Shown here: positions 50,746-63,519 of the stretch, piece after piece | Position numbering within the stretch: the stretch's first letter is position 1 | Layout of the letters: each line of letters begins with the position of its first letter | Assembly: GCF_018350175.1 (NCBI RefSeq) | Contig: NC_058382.1 | Coordinates: 56,174,001 to 56,238,000 of the forward strand | Reading direction: 5' to 3' | Length of the DNA stretch: 64,000 bases | Source: Felis catus | Taxonomy: Eukaryota | The notes under the pieces: model-generated | Told to the model about the DNA's origin: nothing | Seen by the model: the letters and a program-made list of their open reading frames with translations, nothing else | The model's database searches: none | Position numbers and translations under genes: made by a program

Positions 50746-51319
50746 CTCCCCCCCTTGAAGATATTCTCCATGTTCGAATCACCTTTCTCTACAGATCCCT
50801 AATTTTCTATGGCTCATGCCTGCAGATCGTTAAGTCCACTAACCTTGTTGGCGCTGATTGCTCTGCTCCAAAGAGGTTTGCCTGGGAGGGGAGCCTGTTT
50901 AGGTGTTTAAGGCATTAACCCTCTAGCCCAGGAAGTCCCATGCTGCTGGACCTGGCTATAAGCTTATTCATATTTCACACAAACTTGTGTAGATGGATTT
51001 TATACAGAAGGTCTGTCTCGATGAAAGTCTGCATGGAATGAGGTTGGATCCTAAGCCTGAAATTCAGGGGCACCGATTAGGCACAGGGCAAGACCCGGCT
51101 GTAGAGCCGTGTGGGCAATAGGCCAGTACAAGAAAGGAAAACAGTTTCCGAACAGATTCTATCACAGATTGCTGCTAAAGAGAAGTGGATTGGGCAGACA
51201 GAATCTGAGTGTGAGAGTTGTGTTTGGGCGAGAAACAGAGCAGTTGAATGCTCATTCCATTTCTGCAGGAGCTCTTGCATTGATGAGTTCCATTTCTGGG
51301 GTGGCAATTCCCAAGCTTC

Positions 51320-51349
51320 TTTTTTTAAAAAAAAAAGTTTATTTATTGT

Positions 51350-51381
<32 letters not shown>

Positions 51382-51541
51382 ATGGGGGAGGGGCAGAGAG
51401 AGGGAGAGAGAGAATCCCAATCAGGCTCCGTGCTGTCAGCACAGAGCCTGACACAGGGCTTGAACCCACACACCGTGAGATCATGACCTGAGCCGAAAGC
51501 ATGAGTCCTCTGCTTGACCAGCTGAGCCACCCAGGTACCCC
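51320..51541 (-). mobile_element. CAN-SINE
   Basis: GAATCCCAATCAGGCTCCGTGCTGTCAGCACAGAGCC..CTGAGCCACCCAGGTACCCC. Confidence 0.94.
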
Positions 51542-51769
51542 TGCCCAGGTTCTAATGTAAAAATTCTTTAGCAGAATAGCGTGTTTGGCTAGCTGGGTCT
51601 CTGGGGTCTGAGGCTCTCGTTGTTGCTAGCCGTGGGGCCTGGGGAAGGTATTTTGCCCTCTTCTCACATGCAAGTGGGATAATATAGCACCTTCCCCATA
51701 GAGTTGCTGGGGGCAGAAAAGAGTAAGTCCACATGAACTGCCAGCGACCGTGGCTATCACGTGGAAAGA

Positions 51770-52330
51770 ACTGAACACGTGTCAGCCATTTTACTATTAC
51801 AGAGAGTACCATTATTCCAGAAACAGCCACCAAGTTGGGCACTGTTCCATGAATCAACACCATTTGGGTTTGCTTACTGATCGAGTTACCAAAGCAAGCA
51901 TCCACCTTGTCCTTAAAACCACTACAGTAGAGCTTTATCAAATTCTTTGCTGAAATTCCTATAAAAGACCTACCACAAGTCTGTATTGTTTTGCATGTAA
52001 TGTCCATGAAGGAAACTAGGTCACTCGGGCACAACTTGATTTTAATGATCCCCTCCAGGCTTCTAAAGATCACCCCTCTATTTTCTTCGTAAGTGTTCGA
52101 AACCATCGCTTTGACGATCGGTTCTGGAGTCTTGACCCAGAACAATGTCAGTCTTCTTAAGGAACCTCAGAATCTCCTGCCACCTTTTGAAATATTTGGA
52201 GATGACCTTTCTACCCCCTGTCTCGGCCCTCTGGCCATTCTTGTGTTTAGAGCAACGAGGTGCAGTCTCTCGATCTCCTTACCCAGCTTGGGGGGTTCTT
52301 TGCCCTTCTACCGCTGTTAGTTATGCGTTT
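51770..52330 (-). mobile_element. CR1/L3 LINE reverse-transcriptase fragment
   Basis: Minus ORF KTPEPIVKAMVS..GVIFRSLEGIIKIKLCPSDLVSFMD..KQTQMVLIHG resembles CR1 KILEQIIK..VITRSQHGFTKNKSCQTNLISFFD..RTQRVVING. Confidence 0.8.
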
Positions 52331-52569
52331 TCATTCTGCTGCTCGTTTGTCTTGGCATTTTGTCTTGAGGCGTTAGAGGCAAACTGATGCTTGGAAGGTC
52401 TACTTTCTCTTTGCCAGCCCTCTCCTTTGCTCACCTGAAAGAACTGGGCTTTATGATTCAACTCTCTGTTCCAAACTTAGCTTTAAAGCCCATTTGGGTG
52501 TCCTTAGAAATTTTTCTCTGTGTCAGCTCATGTGAGACACCCACTCCAGATGTCTTGTTTTCCCCACCG

Positions 52570-52830
52570 TGCGCTCTTCAATTGAACAAAACACATATTA
52601 GGTACCCACTGTGAGGCAAGCATTGTACTATGCTTCAAAGATACAAAGGAAACAAAATGCAATCTCTGCTCTTACGCTCACGGTAAAGTGAGACACACGA
52701 ACAGATGCCTACAAGACAGTGTGTGAGAACTCTGTTGAAGATCTGTACAGCACAACTGAGCACCTCCGCCTGGGGGATGGAGGGAGTCAGGGATGGCTTC
52801 CCTGGGGAGCTGGGTTTTGAGCATTCCTTT
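52570..52830 (-). mobile_element. L2 3' end
   Basis: CAAAACACATATTAGGTACCCACTGTGAGGCAAGCATTGTACTA..GTCAGGGATGGCTTCCCTGGGGAG. Confidence 0.8.
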
Positions 52831-52929
52831 GTTTGCTTTATTCCTCCACCCTACGCTGTTCCCCTCTCTGGTCCCACAAGCAGCCATTAGCAATGTGGAC
52901 AAGTATTTTTGCTTAGGTAGTGTTCCTGC

Positions 52930-53830
52930 AAAATGCGCATTGCCATTTTATGTGCCACGTATTTCGTGTTTGAATGGATATAAACGATCCCGTGTTGTGT
53001 ACCTTATTCTGTTTTTCAATTTCCTTCACTAAGCACTCTTTTTAAGATCACTTATGCCGGTGTGTGGACATCTAGGCTGTTAGTACTAATTGCTGTGTAT
53101 CCCTCTGGGCTGTGTGTCCTCCACATTCCCCTTTTCTGTTGTCTCAATCTGGAACATCCTTTGTGGTTCCCAACACTCCAAATAACTATGCGGTGTGACA
53201 CGCGTGCGGAGCATATCGGCCCAGGAATATAGTCACTGAATCATAGGTGTGGCAGCAGAACGTTGGACCCCGAAGATGTCTACTTTCTAATTCCCAGACC
53301 TTGCGAATATGTGACCTCCTGTCACTCAAAGAATGCTGCGTACATGGTTAACTTAAGAATCTTGAGATGGGAAGATGATCCTGGATTGTCCAAATGGACC
53401 TACTGGAGTCAGAAGGATGCTGACAAGAGAAAGGGGAGAGGCAGAGGGATGGGAGTCAGAGATTGGCAGATTCTGTGCTGCTGGCTTTGAAGGTGGAGGA
53501 AGGGGCCAAGAGCCAAGGAATCTGGTGATCTCTAGAAGCTAGAAAAGGTGAGCATATTGTCCCCTAGAGCTTTCAAAAGGGGTACAACCTGCCCACACCT
53601 TGATTTTAGCCAGCTGGTGTTTTAAACCACTCAGTATAATTTGTTACAGCAGCAAGAGGAAACTTACAGAGATGTTATTCCTGGGGTCATTTTGACTGAA
53701 ATGGTGCTGGGTTTCTTTCCAGAATGGCTCCCCTGGTTTCCACCCCCTATAGCTGTGCATGAGGTGCCCCTGACTCCTCACCCTGACTGCTGTCTGTGGC
53801 CTAATCCAGCTTTCTGACTTCTATTAGTCT
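52930..53830 (-). mobile_element. Old L1ME-like fragment, split by an MLT1 LTR
   Basis: TTCCTTCACTAAGCACTCTTTTTAAGATC..CCCAGGAATATAGTCACTGAATCATAGG | ..TTTCTTTCCAGAATGGCT.. Confidence 0.55.
53248..53668 (+). mobile_element. MaLR LTR (MLT1D-like)
   Basis: TGTGGCAGCAGAACGTTGGACCCCGAAGATGTC..GCTGGCTTTGAAGGTGGAGGAAGGGGCCAAGAGCCAAGGAA..TTGTTACAGCAGCAA. Confidence 0.92.
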
Positions 53831-54129
53831 TCTGAATACAAAGCATAAATAAGAATTAAGGAAGGAATCAGAATTCCCAAACCAAAGTTGGGGATGGGGA
53901 GTGGGCTAGAGATGGCCTTGAACCCCTGGCTGCTGTGGCTGGGTTGTGGCTGGATTGTGGTCTGGGGTCAGTTGTGGGGACCATGTAAGTCAGCAGGGCA
54001 CCCAGGGTGGGCCTCCCAAGGTGCCCATGTGGAGAATCAGTGGAGACAAAAGCAGTGCTTCTGGTGAGGACACAGGGTGCTGGACTCCATGGAAGAGAGA
54101 GCCCCAGACAGAGGGGAGGGAGGGTGGTT

Positions 54130-54335
54130 AGGCAGCGAGAGTGAGTGTCACTTCTAGTTCTATAGCTGCCATGTGACTTTGGACAAGTTTCTGGCCTCTC
54201 TGATCCTTGGTGTCCTGCTCTGTATGACAGGGAGTAATAATACTGCCTTCCTTACAGTATTACTGTGAGGGTTCCATGAGATCGTTAATGCAAAGCCCTA
54301 ATCTAGTGAACTACATTAATGCTAATGTAGTTAGC
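54130..54335 (+). mobile_element. MIR
   Basis: GCCATGTGACTTTGGACAAGTTTC..GGAGTAATAATACTGCC..GTGAGGGTTCCATGAG. Confidence 0.7.
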
Positions 54336-55199
54336 AACCAGTTGATAAAAATAATAATATTTTCATCATTACAATAAATGCAATAATTAGTACAGTTTCT
54401 TATGTTTCTCACATCAGCCTTTGCTAATTTACAGTATCCACTTTTAGACCTTGCTGGAGAGTCACATATGCAGTAGATTTTCACATATTTGGATGCAAAT
54501 AACCATATGCATCCTTTTCGAGTAAATCTATCCCCCCCTCCTCCATTGCTCCCCTCACACCACCCCCTATCCCTCGAAACCCAGCGGTCTCCTTTTAGGG
54601 TTGTTCATAGCGTAATGCAATTAGACACAATGTATTTTCCAGACATCTATCTTGCAAGCTGTCTCCCCCAACGGTTTTTGGGATTAAATAATGCACGAGA
54701 GGAGAGAATAACAGGGATCGTATAAGTGGCAGAAAAACAGCGCCGTAAGGGTTCTGTGTTGGGGAGAGATGAAAGCGCCTGGTCAGAAGGCCGATCCCAA
54801 CGTGAAAGAGAAATGCAAAGGCACTGACAAGGCAGGAAAGAAAGGCGTTTTTACAGATAAGACTTGCCTAGAGCGGAAAAGGAGATGACTCGGGAGACAG
54901 GCAGCGTGTTCGTTAGGAACTCTGGAAGAGACACACCTGAGGGGACCTGGCGTTTGAAGGGTCCGGGCCCTGAAGAAACTAAAAGGTGCCTGCGCCCTGG
55001 GTTCTTGGACTTGCCTGCGCGGAGGTGCTTGTTTCTTCCCCGGGTTCCCACGGCTCTCTCTTCTTGCCGCCGCGAGAGACGGGATCACTCTCTCAGCTGT
55101 AATGGCGGATTTGTGTGTTTCTCTTCTCCACTCCGCTGGAGCTCCAGCAAAGACCGTCACTTCAGACATTCTCCTCCTCCTGCTCATCGTGAATGGCGA

Positions 55200-55400
55200 C
55201 AGTAATTATTGGCCATTTTCTCTGACCCCGTGCTCAGAGGCACTTGGCATGCATTACACAAAATGCACCCCGCGACCCCCACGGATGCCTGTTTTACCAC
55301 CGTCGAAACTGAGGCAGGTGGAGACCGGGAATTTTTTTACAGACACACAAATGGTAGACAGAGAAGGTATGATTTGCACTCAGGCGTCCTGACTCCTGAG
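55200..55400 (-). mobile_element. MIR, unusually GC/CpG-rich
   Basis: GAGGCACTTGGCATGCATTAC..GAAACTGAGGCAG..ACACAAATGGTAGACAGAG..GATTTGCACTCAGG. Confidence 0.65.
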
Positions 55401-58074
55401 CAGGACTGTCGAGGTTCTGTTTATCCCGCAAACCAAGCAAGATGCAGGGCACAGAGAGTGCCCTCAGCCAGTGTTTGATGTGTGGGCAAATTATAGTGCC
55501 TGCGACTCATTTGGCTGCTGTGGCCCCAGGAGTCAGGACTTCCGTCCCTCGGGCCTGGCACAGAAGGGGGGGAAGGGGCAAGCTTTCCACTTGCCAAGGT
55601 GAGGCCAGTGGCTTGTGCAGAGGGCTTGAAACTCCTGGTTCCCCAGCCTGCCTTTGCCTCATCTCTTCTGCGTGGTCTGAGCAGTCCCAAGAGACAGTGA
55701 TAAGAAGGAAAGAGCAGAAGTTTCATGTTTCCTCTTACAGAGTTTTTAAAGCAAAAATACCACTGGAATACATTTTAAAACCCTGTCCTTCAAATATTCT
55801 GAAAGGCTTCTGCACCAATCAGGTGAGTAAGTTCCCCAGACGGACTTCCATTCTGAGTTCTCCCTGGCCCTGCCCCTCTCTTCAGTTGCTAAATAGAGAG
55901 TTCCAGCCATAGGCCCAACATCCTCTGTGGGCTGCAGGGTTAGATGGAAATTGGGTGAGTAAAGGGTCCAGCCCTCAACCGGGGAGGCTTAGAGAGAACC
56001 AGGCTACGAAGCAGGAGTTCAGTAGTCATTTTACGGTCAGCATTAAGTCATACCCAGACCAATAAGGAGAATGTGGTCAGCCTTGTCCTGCCATGCTTTT
56101 CTGAAAGAGGAAAACAATAAAATCAGAACACAGCATGGCTGAAACTATCAGAGAGCAACGTGGCCTAGCCAAGACACCACTTATAAATGTGGGTCGAGTG
56201 TAGGGAAGGGGCGGTGTAGCCCCCGGGGGCCAGTAAAGGTGGGGAGCAGTTACCAGCCCTGGCCTGGGGGACAAGAGGAGGGAGCCGGGGAATAGTACCT
56301 GCATCTTCCTCTCTGCCTTTTCTGTCTGATGTGTTTTGCCCATCGGTCAAAGTCAGAGGGTCAGGGAGCAGTTCGAGCCCCTACAGACCAGGCTCCAGGA
56401 TGGAGAAGAGAGAAGGGAGGAGAACAGAGCAAGTTCAGGATGGGGCAAAGTGAAGTCATTGCCGTGCCAGACACAAGATGGTACGTGGAACATGACCCAT
56501 AAGACACAGAATTGTAAATTTGAGATAACTAAACAATGTACTTTAAAGCCACCGTATGTGATGTTTGGCAGCTCTTTCCGCAGCAACGCTGTGCTGAACT
56601 CAAATAAAACATCCCTTAATCCTCCCAAGAGTCTAGGAAGGTACGTGATGGTTTCCACGTTTTGCAAAGGAATCGGCAGACGCTTGGTCAAGCCAAGCCC
56701 CATTTGCACAACCAGGACCCTCTGGACTTGACAAAAATGTATCCTTTCAGGCGTGCCTTTGTCTCCAAGGACCTTCTTGTTTTCTCTGGTCCTCACCTTT
56801 CAGTGCTCCTGACATCATAATATTCAAGAAAATGTTTGTGTGTTTATTTCATGGCTAGGCGTTCACCAGAGAAAAAAAGAAACAACAGTCTGCTGAAGTG
56901 TCCACGTCAGGAAGTTCCTGGGGGCTGCCCTCCTCATTAATCGAGCGCGTTGAGACCCTTCTGGTGCTTTGTCGTTAGTGATTCAGGACGAAGTGCCGCT
57001 GTTATGCTGTTTCCTCCCCAAATGCTGTCATTTCAGCACAAAGGAAGCCTGGAAGCCTCAGAAGCTGCATCATCAGAGGGCCCAGCCTCTTGTGATTGGC
57101 TTACATACATCCAAGTATCAGCCGAAGGCAATTTTCAAAAGGGACTCCATTTCTATGGGGATATTTTCCATTGAGCTGGTTGCTGACTCTCACTTAGTCA
57201 TTTAAAAATGATTCAAAGGGAAGGAAATAATAAACTTCCATTTTGGCTTTCACCAGCATATCTCAACACTAAATTAATTCTCAACATTTGTGGATAAAGT
57301 TTGTGTCCTGATAAATTCGTTCCCTCAAGAATGCTTTATGCATCTTTTTTCTCCATTCCCGGGCTCACATACCACAATTCCACTCCTGAGGCTCCAGTCT
57401 TGAGGCCCTCCCCCCACCCCCGATCCCATGCCTGGACGGTGATGTGATAAAACCACATCAGCTCCACGAGGGTCCTTGTCCTGTTCTCCACCCTCAGTTG
57501 TGTCCCTTCCTCTTCTCCCCTCAGAGAAGAGAATGTCTTTTCTTTTGAAGGCTTAACCCCTTAACTAGTCTTTCCACCTGGATCCATAGGAAGCCTGTGG
57601 TGGCATTTGGTTCCTTTGTCTCCATTGCCTTTCGGTGTTTTTCTTCCTTCTTTTTGTCATAAACAAACAATAACAAACCACTTTGCACGCAACATCCATG
57701 CAGAAGATGAACATTTTCCTTGATCCCACTTTCTCCCTTTCTTGCAAGAGCTGTCTCGTCTCTTGTTACATCTCCTCATGTGGGATGTGCAGGCAGCCTT
57801 TACTGCAATGTTGCACCTACCTTTCTAAATGTTCAGTCCACTCCCTCCACTGCTATACGCCTCTCAAAGGCCGCTGGTGCTTTCTGGCAGCTGCCTCACA
57901 GCCCATGCTTCTCAATGTTTGCAGCTTCAACACTGCTGTCTTCTTTTCTTATCCCAGTCTCGAAACTGCTCTTCCCATGACTTGTATAGTTCAACATCCA
58001 GTCACTCCTCCTGCCTTGCTGTCTGAAGGCTGTTCCTTGCCATCCTTCCGTCCTGGAAAAGGAGGTCTAGCATT

Positions 58075-58290
58075 CTGTGTCAGGACATGGACTATCAAGG
58101 CATATATCCTTGGTCCAACTTCCAGCATTAGCGCTTATTCGCTGTGTGATCTTGGGCAAGTTATCTGAAATGTTTAATCTTGGTGATATATCTGAAAAAT
58201 GGTGACTGATGCCTACTATATAGAGGAGGAATTTAAAATTCATTTAAAACGTTTAGAAAAGTCCCTGGAAAATAAGAATTTATGTCATTA
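58075..58290 (+). mobile_element. MIR
   Basis: GCTGTGTGATCTTGGGCAAGTTA..TCTGAAAAATGG..TTAGAAAAGTCCCTGG. Confidence 0.7.
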
Positions 58291-58323
58291 ATATCAAGTT
58301 GATATCTTCCAAGATTCTGACTC

Positions 58324-58803
58324 TGTTAGTTTCCTATTGCTGATGTAACAAATTACAAGCTTCGTGCCTTGAAAGAAAAAATAATTTTTTTTGTATATTA
58401 CAGTTCTAGAGGCCACTTGACCACAATCAAGGTATCATCCAGCTCCTTCTGGAGGTTCTAGGGAAAAATCTGTTTTCTTACCTTTTCTAGCTTTTGGAAG
58501 ATACTCTTTTTTGGCTCATGGCTTCTTTTTCCATCTTCAAAACCAGCAACATAACATCTTTAAATCTTTCACTGGCCTGCACTCTCCTGCCTCTGTCTTT
58601 CATAAGAGCCCTTGTGATTACATTGGGCCCACGCACATAATCCACAGTACTCTTCCCCTTTCAAGGTCAATTGATTAGCAAACTGAATTCAGTCTGCAAC
58701 TTTTGTTTCTCTGCCATATAACCTAACACTGAAACAGGTTTCAGGGCTCAGGATCGACACTAAGGTAGATATTGTTTGGAGAGAACATAATTCTGCTACT
58801 ACT
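58324..58803 (-). mobile_element. MaLR LTR (MLT1D-like)
   Basis: TGTTAGTTTCCTATTGCTGATGTAACAAATTAC..CCCTTGTGATTACATTGGGCCCAC..AATTCTGCTACTAC. Confidence 0.88.
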
Positions 58804-58904
58804 AGCTTCCTACTACAAGAATTATTTTGTCTTTACATCGTTTCTCTGGGCAGTTGTCTGAATTTTTATGGCTTCAGCTTTGAATCCTCTACAGGAGATT
58901 AGTC

Positions 58905-59023
58905 TTTATTTTTTAAAGTTGATCTATTTACTTAACATAATCTCTACCTGCAGTGCGGGGCTTGGACTCATGAACCCAAGATCAAGAGTTGCATGCTCTT
59001 CAGACTGAGCCAGCCAAACACAC
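58905..59023 (-). mobile_element. Short CAN-SINE (SINEC_Fc3/old-type)
   Basis: AATCTCTAC..GCGGGGCTTGGACTCATGAACCCAAGATCAAGAGTTGCATGCTC..CTGAGCCAGCCA; AGATT(A/T)GTCTTT on both flanks. Confidence 0.85.
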
Positions 59024-59327
59024 CAGAAGATTTGTCTTTCTGGTTTCAGCCGAGTCTGTCTTTACTCTGGTCTTACACCACAGCTAGATGCAAGGCATCT
59101 TCTGGCTGCACTCCACACAAACACAAATAAGGTCATCATAATCCCATAACCAATGGGATGACCCTCCTTCTACAAATGGCCCAGCTTTCTCAGTAGTCAT
59201 TGAAGAATGAGGAATCTTTCTGTCCATTTTGGGTGAGAAGAAGTAAGAAAAACATGTTTGGTGGAGAGTCCCATCAAACTGAGTGAAAGAGCTGCTCCTA
59301 TAAATAGTAACTATTACATTTCCTAAG

Positions 59328-59787
59328 TGTGGCAGCTGTGAGAATATGCCTCGTAGACCTCTAACTACAGGGAGCATAACTGACCAATGGATCCAGCTCT
59401 GGAGCCCTGAAGGCCATGGCAGTGTTTGGGCTGAGGCCATACTCCTTACTAGCTGCTCTCTCCAGTGATTCAGAAAGGAAGGGAGACTAAGACCTGCTTC
59501 CAGGGTAGTCGTGGGCTGGGCTGAACTCTAGGACCCCTCCCCCCTGCCCCGCTACAGTGTTGCAGAACCTGCCTTAGACTTCAGGCACTTCCTTAGACTG
59601 AAGGACACTTCTATCTAGCCTTCTTTCCCTTTCTCCTTCACTCTAGATCACACTTATACCTAAGTCTGATAGTACCCCCAGATACTCCCAGCTTCCTCCT
59701 CATTTTCTCTCATCAGGATCTCCCTAGAAAAAATCATTGGTTTTTAATGCCATCTTGTGTTTGTTTCTCATGGATCTGGATCCACAC
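59328..59787 (+). mobile_element. LTR16-like ERVL solo LTR
   Basis: TGTGGCAGCTGTGAG start; ends CCATCTTGTGTTTGTTTCTCATGGATCTGGATCCACAC. Confidence 0.6.
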
Positions 59788-60384
59788 GCTAAAGGATTGA
59801 GGGCCAAGACCTCATGGGGAAGCCCACCTCCTTGGATTCCTTGGGTTCCAGGCAGACTCAGAGAATTTGTGATTGCCAGTAAGGGAGTACTCAAACAATG
59901 CAGCCTCCCTGGTGCCAGGAAGAGAAAGTGGGAGGAAAATGAGATGTTTTAGAAACAACAGAAGGATCCGTGAGACAGGACTGCTGTGAGCTGATGTCAT
60001 GCTTGACATAAATTGACAGTTAATTGACTAGAGATTTTGGAACAGTTCAGCAGGGGTGTGTGTATGAGAGAGGGAATGTGCGTACCCTGAACAATGGAGA
60101 CAAAGACATGTGCTCACTTCAGAGCGTGTCTCTCTGAATTCGTCTGCCCTGGTCCATCTTGTACATCATCACCACCCTTCCTCCTCCAACCCTAGGGACT
60201 AACTGAGGGGCAATGGATTGTTCACTGAGTTCTCAACAGGAGGAACTGTTCAATACCTCAGAGCTAGAGGCACATCTACCAAAGACACAAGGGCTTTCAG
60301 CTGTGGGTAGGAAGTGGGACTGAGCAGCCCATAAGAGCTTCCATGTCAGAGATTGTCATGCATTCATAGTCATCAGAGTGCCCC

Positions 60385-60556
60385 ATTCTAGTACGTTCAA
60401 ACATGATAGATTATCTGAATCACCTGGGAGACCATTAAGAAAAACATCCCAGATGTTGTAAATCAAGATCTCAAGGGGGCTAAGAAACTGGATTCAATGG
60501 TAGCAAATTCTTTCCCTTGCAATTCTGTTGGCCAGTCCAGTTTGGAAACCACACTG
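60385..60556. mobile_element. MER5-like hAT relic
   Basis: ATCTGAATCACCTGGGAG..AAATCAAGATCTC..CCAGTTTGGAAACCAC. Confidence 0.6.
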
Positions 60557-60689
60557 CCATATTCAACAAAACTGCCCAGATTTTAGATCTATAGTAGTTC
60601 ATCATTGTCTTCACGTTGGAAACATTTCGTGCTATCAGAAGTTCATTTGTTTGTTTTAATGTGCTGAGGAACACATACATCAGAATCTA

Positions 60690-61170
60690 ATAGGAATGAA
60701 TTTAAATTATCGTTCTGCCACTGATCTCTTGAGTGATCTTGAGTAAGATATTCAGCTTCTCAGAGCCTCGGTTTTTTGTTTGCCTTTTTTTTTAGCTGTA
60801 AAATAAGAATGATAATGTATCCCCTTCCTGGGTTTACTGAAATGATTGACTAGGATAATGATAATAGCTAACACTCAGATTAAACTTTCTGTGTGCCAAT
60901 CTCTGTTTCAAGTACTTTACATCTGCTAGCCCATCAATTCCTAAAAACTCTCTACATTCTAGGTTCAGCTATGAGTCCCATTTTATAGATGAACAAAACT
61001 GAGGAACCAAGAGGTTAAATGACTCACAAAAGGTTGCACAACTAAGTAATAGGGATAAAATTTAAATATAGGTATGTACTCAGAATTTTTTTTTTAAGGA
61101 CTGTATGTAAAGAACCTCACCCAGAGCTTAGAATGCACTATGTGTTCAATAACTATTAGCTAATATTATA
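60690..61170. mobile_element. Forward MIR with a reverse MIR (~60860-61090) nested inside
   Basis: GTGATCTTGAGTAAG..CTGTAAAATAAGAATGATAAT (+); CCCATTTTATAGATGAACAAAACTGAGG (-); forward tail resumes ATGTAAAG..GTTCAATAACTATTAGCT. Confidence 0.7.
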
Positions 61171-62324
61171 ATCACCGCTTTTACCCTGGGCCTTAGAGTG
61201 CACTTGTCATAACTCTCCAGCGTCCGCAATACTCACGATAGCTTCTTGTGAAGCCAGAACACCCGTGTCTTCATGTCCTCTCCTTTGTGTGCTCAGCCCT
61301 GTCTGGGTGATAGGAAAGGCAGCATGCACTGAGGTGTCAACTTACTGAAACTGGGGACATCAAATTCAGAACCTATTCCTCTTGAATAAGGTGAATAAGT
61401 GGTATTGTTTGCTCGATTTCTCCTAAGTGGTGAAGAGTCTTTGCAGAAGGAAAATGTGAGTTCTTTAATCCTGATGTTCTTTGCTGTAGGACCTGCAGGT
61501 GTCTAGGGAATGCTAGTGTCAGTATCTCTGAGACTTTAGGATAACTTCTTTGGAGTATAAAGGAGGGAGAGTTGAAAGGCATCTCTTTTATAGCCAAGAG
61601 AAATTACAGGATGATTCATCCCATTCTGTAGGCAAAGCAGAGCTCGGAGATCTTGAAATAAGCAAGACTTGGTAGTTTGGGAGGGGAAAAAAAAGTATCA
61701 TCAAATTTATGATCTGATGGCTCCAATGAGGACAATAAATGGCGCTTTGATGTCTCTTCTATTTATTAGAAGTTTTCTCAGTGCCCACCTCCTCCCCACC
61801 CCCACTTATTTCCCTTACAGAGAAATTCTCACCCACGCCCTCCAATGATAAATGCACAGGTTTTAGAGGTGGTCAGAACTGGGTTGAAGACTGGTTTTGC
61901 CACTTCCCATGTGTGAGATCTTTGGCAACACACTCACCCGCTCTGAACCTCAGTCTCCTCTCTTTCTTTTATGAAGTATTGGTGGCACTCTTAACACACT
62001 TTTGAAAATTGTGATGGGACGTATGTGACCATGCATAAGTACCATTTGTGCCTGGGTTAGGGCTCAGCCAAGCGCTCTATAGATGTTAGTGATGTTCACA
62101 GGACAGCATGAGTTATCACACTGGTACAACTGAGCCTCCTCAAAACTGGGGAACCAGAGTGAATCACAGGATTGACTTCCTGTTGATTCAATGACAAACA
62201 TTTGACATTTTATGCAGAATAGGAATGTTTTATTGAAAACACCCATTCTTGCTCTCATTTTCATTTTCAGGTATCTACCCTCCCCACCATAAATACAGTC
62301 CATGATTACAAAAGCCCTCATCAG

Positions 62325-62720
62325 CCTCTTTAGCTTGCCAGTTCTTGCAGATTTCCACTGCCCTCACTGTCAAAATTTCCTCAGTCTTTTAGTGCTTTAT
62401 CACAGCAAGCACTTATTTCTTGCTCATGCACCTGAGGGTCATCTGGAAGATAGCTGATCTAAACTGCTAGGTTAAGCTCTCAGCCATGGGAGGGGCTTAG
62501 GTGTGTTACCCGAGTCTCTGATTCTTCTGGTTATAGCAGAAATGCAAAAGGCAAGCCCCACCTTGGGAATACATCTTGAGCTTCTGCTTGTATCATATCC
62601 AGTAGCATCCACTGGTCAAAGAAAGTCACTGGGCTAAGCCCAATTCTAAGACCGTGGCAAGGAGAGTCATGTGCACAAATACTACAAGAGAGTGAAAAAT
62701 TGGGACCGTATCTCACTGCA
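62325..62720 (-). mobile_element. Old MaLR LTR (MLT1I/K-like)
   Basis: CTTATTTCTTGCTCATGCA..CATCCACTGGTCAAAGAAAGTCACTGGGCTAAGCCCAA. Confidence 0.65.
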
Positions 62721-63519
62721 CCATACCTGGAACTCCAAAGCCCCTCATTCTTTTGCACTTTCATTGATCAGCACTTGCAAGTCCTGTAAGGCAGACCCAG
62801 GTGGTTCAAGTGACTTAAGTCAATCAGAAGAGGACACAGACCATGTAAGGGAAATAGACACCACCTTAATCTGGTAAAATGAAGAGTAATTTGCTTTTCA
62901 GGAATCAACAACATCTAGAAAAATGCCTGGTACAAAATGGCTGCTCATTAAATGTTTGTTGAAAGAACAAATGAATCACCCAAAAGCATCTGTAGTGACT
63001 GGTCATCTTGCCATTTCTCCAGAAGCTACTTCCATTGATCCCTCCACCGTGATCATCACCACATATACATGATTCAGCTTCTTTATTTTGGTGCTTCCTC
63101 AGTTTCTTTTTTGCTTTGCCTTTTTCCCTTAAATTCCCCAAGAGGAATGATCCTATTTAATTAATTGGCCATCCTTCAATCTGTTGGGCAGAGATCTTGC
63201 TGCCGCTTGTTGGCAGAAATAAGCCAGTAGATAACAGCTTCTTTTTAAGTTGCCCTTCCCTGGTTCAATCGGAAAAAGTAGTCAGGAACATGCAAGAAAT
63301 TCCCTGTGGCTGCATTTCTCAGCACACATCTGTGGGATTCCACTGTCACATAGAGACTCAAGGACTTTGTGTTGACTTTGCTATATCCCTCTCTCTGTGA
63401 GGATACCTCTGTCCTGTGATTTGAAAAGATACCTTCTCTCCAGCATAGAGAGGTCTTTCTGCCCCTGAAATATTCTTCACAATCTGATGAGCCAGTAGCC
63501 CCTCATCTCATCATTTTCT

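Noticed and set aside
5685..51530. Recurring ORFs like MAQSVKHPTSAQVMISWFVSSSP and RERERE
   Set aside because: Translations of CAN-SINEs and their (CT)n/(GA)n tracts, not a gene family
51552..52145. Longest ORF (197 aa, minus strand) as a novel protein or domesticated reverse transcriptase
   Set aside because: Only patches match CR1 RT, the homologous frame shifts, no catalytic xADD motif is present, and the C-terminal part runs through a MIR
3950..52330. The two CR1/L3 fragments as halves of one element split by an inversion
   Set aside because: Both cover the same IFKKG..NYRPVSL..GKILEQ region, so they are independent copies
57683..58168. 161-aa Cys/Ser/Leu-rich ORF
   Set aside because: TTG start, pyrimidine-biased composition, ends inside a MIR, no recognisable domain
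9645..62278. AG|GT motifs as recursive splice sites (~9661, ~15022, ~21595, ~62269)
   Set aside because: None combines a strong polypyrimidine tract with a strong GTAAG donor; this many is plausible by chance in 64 kb
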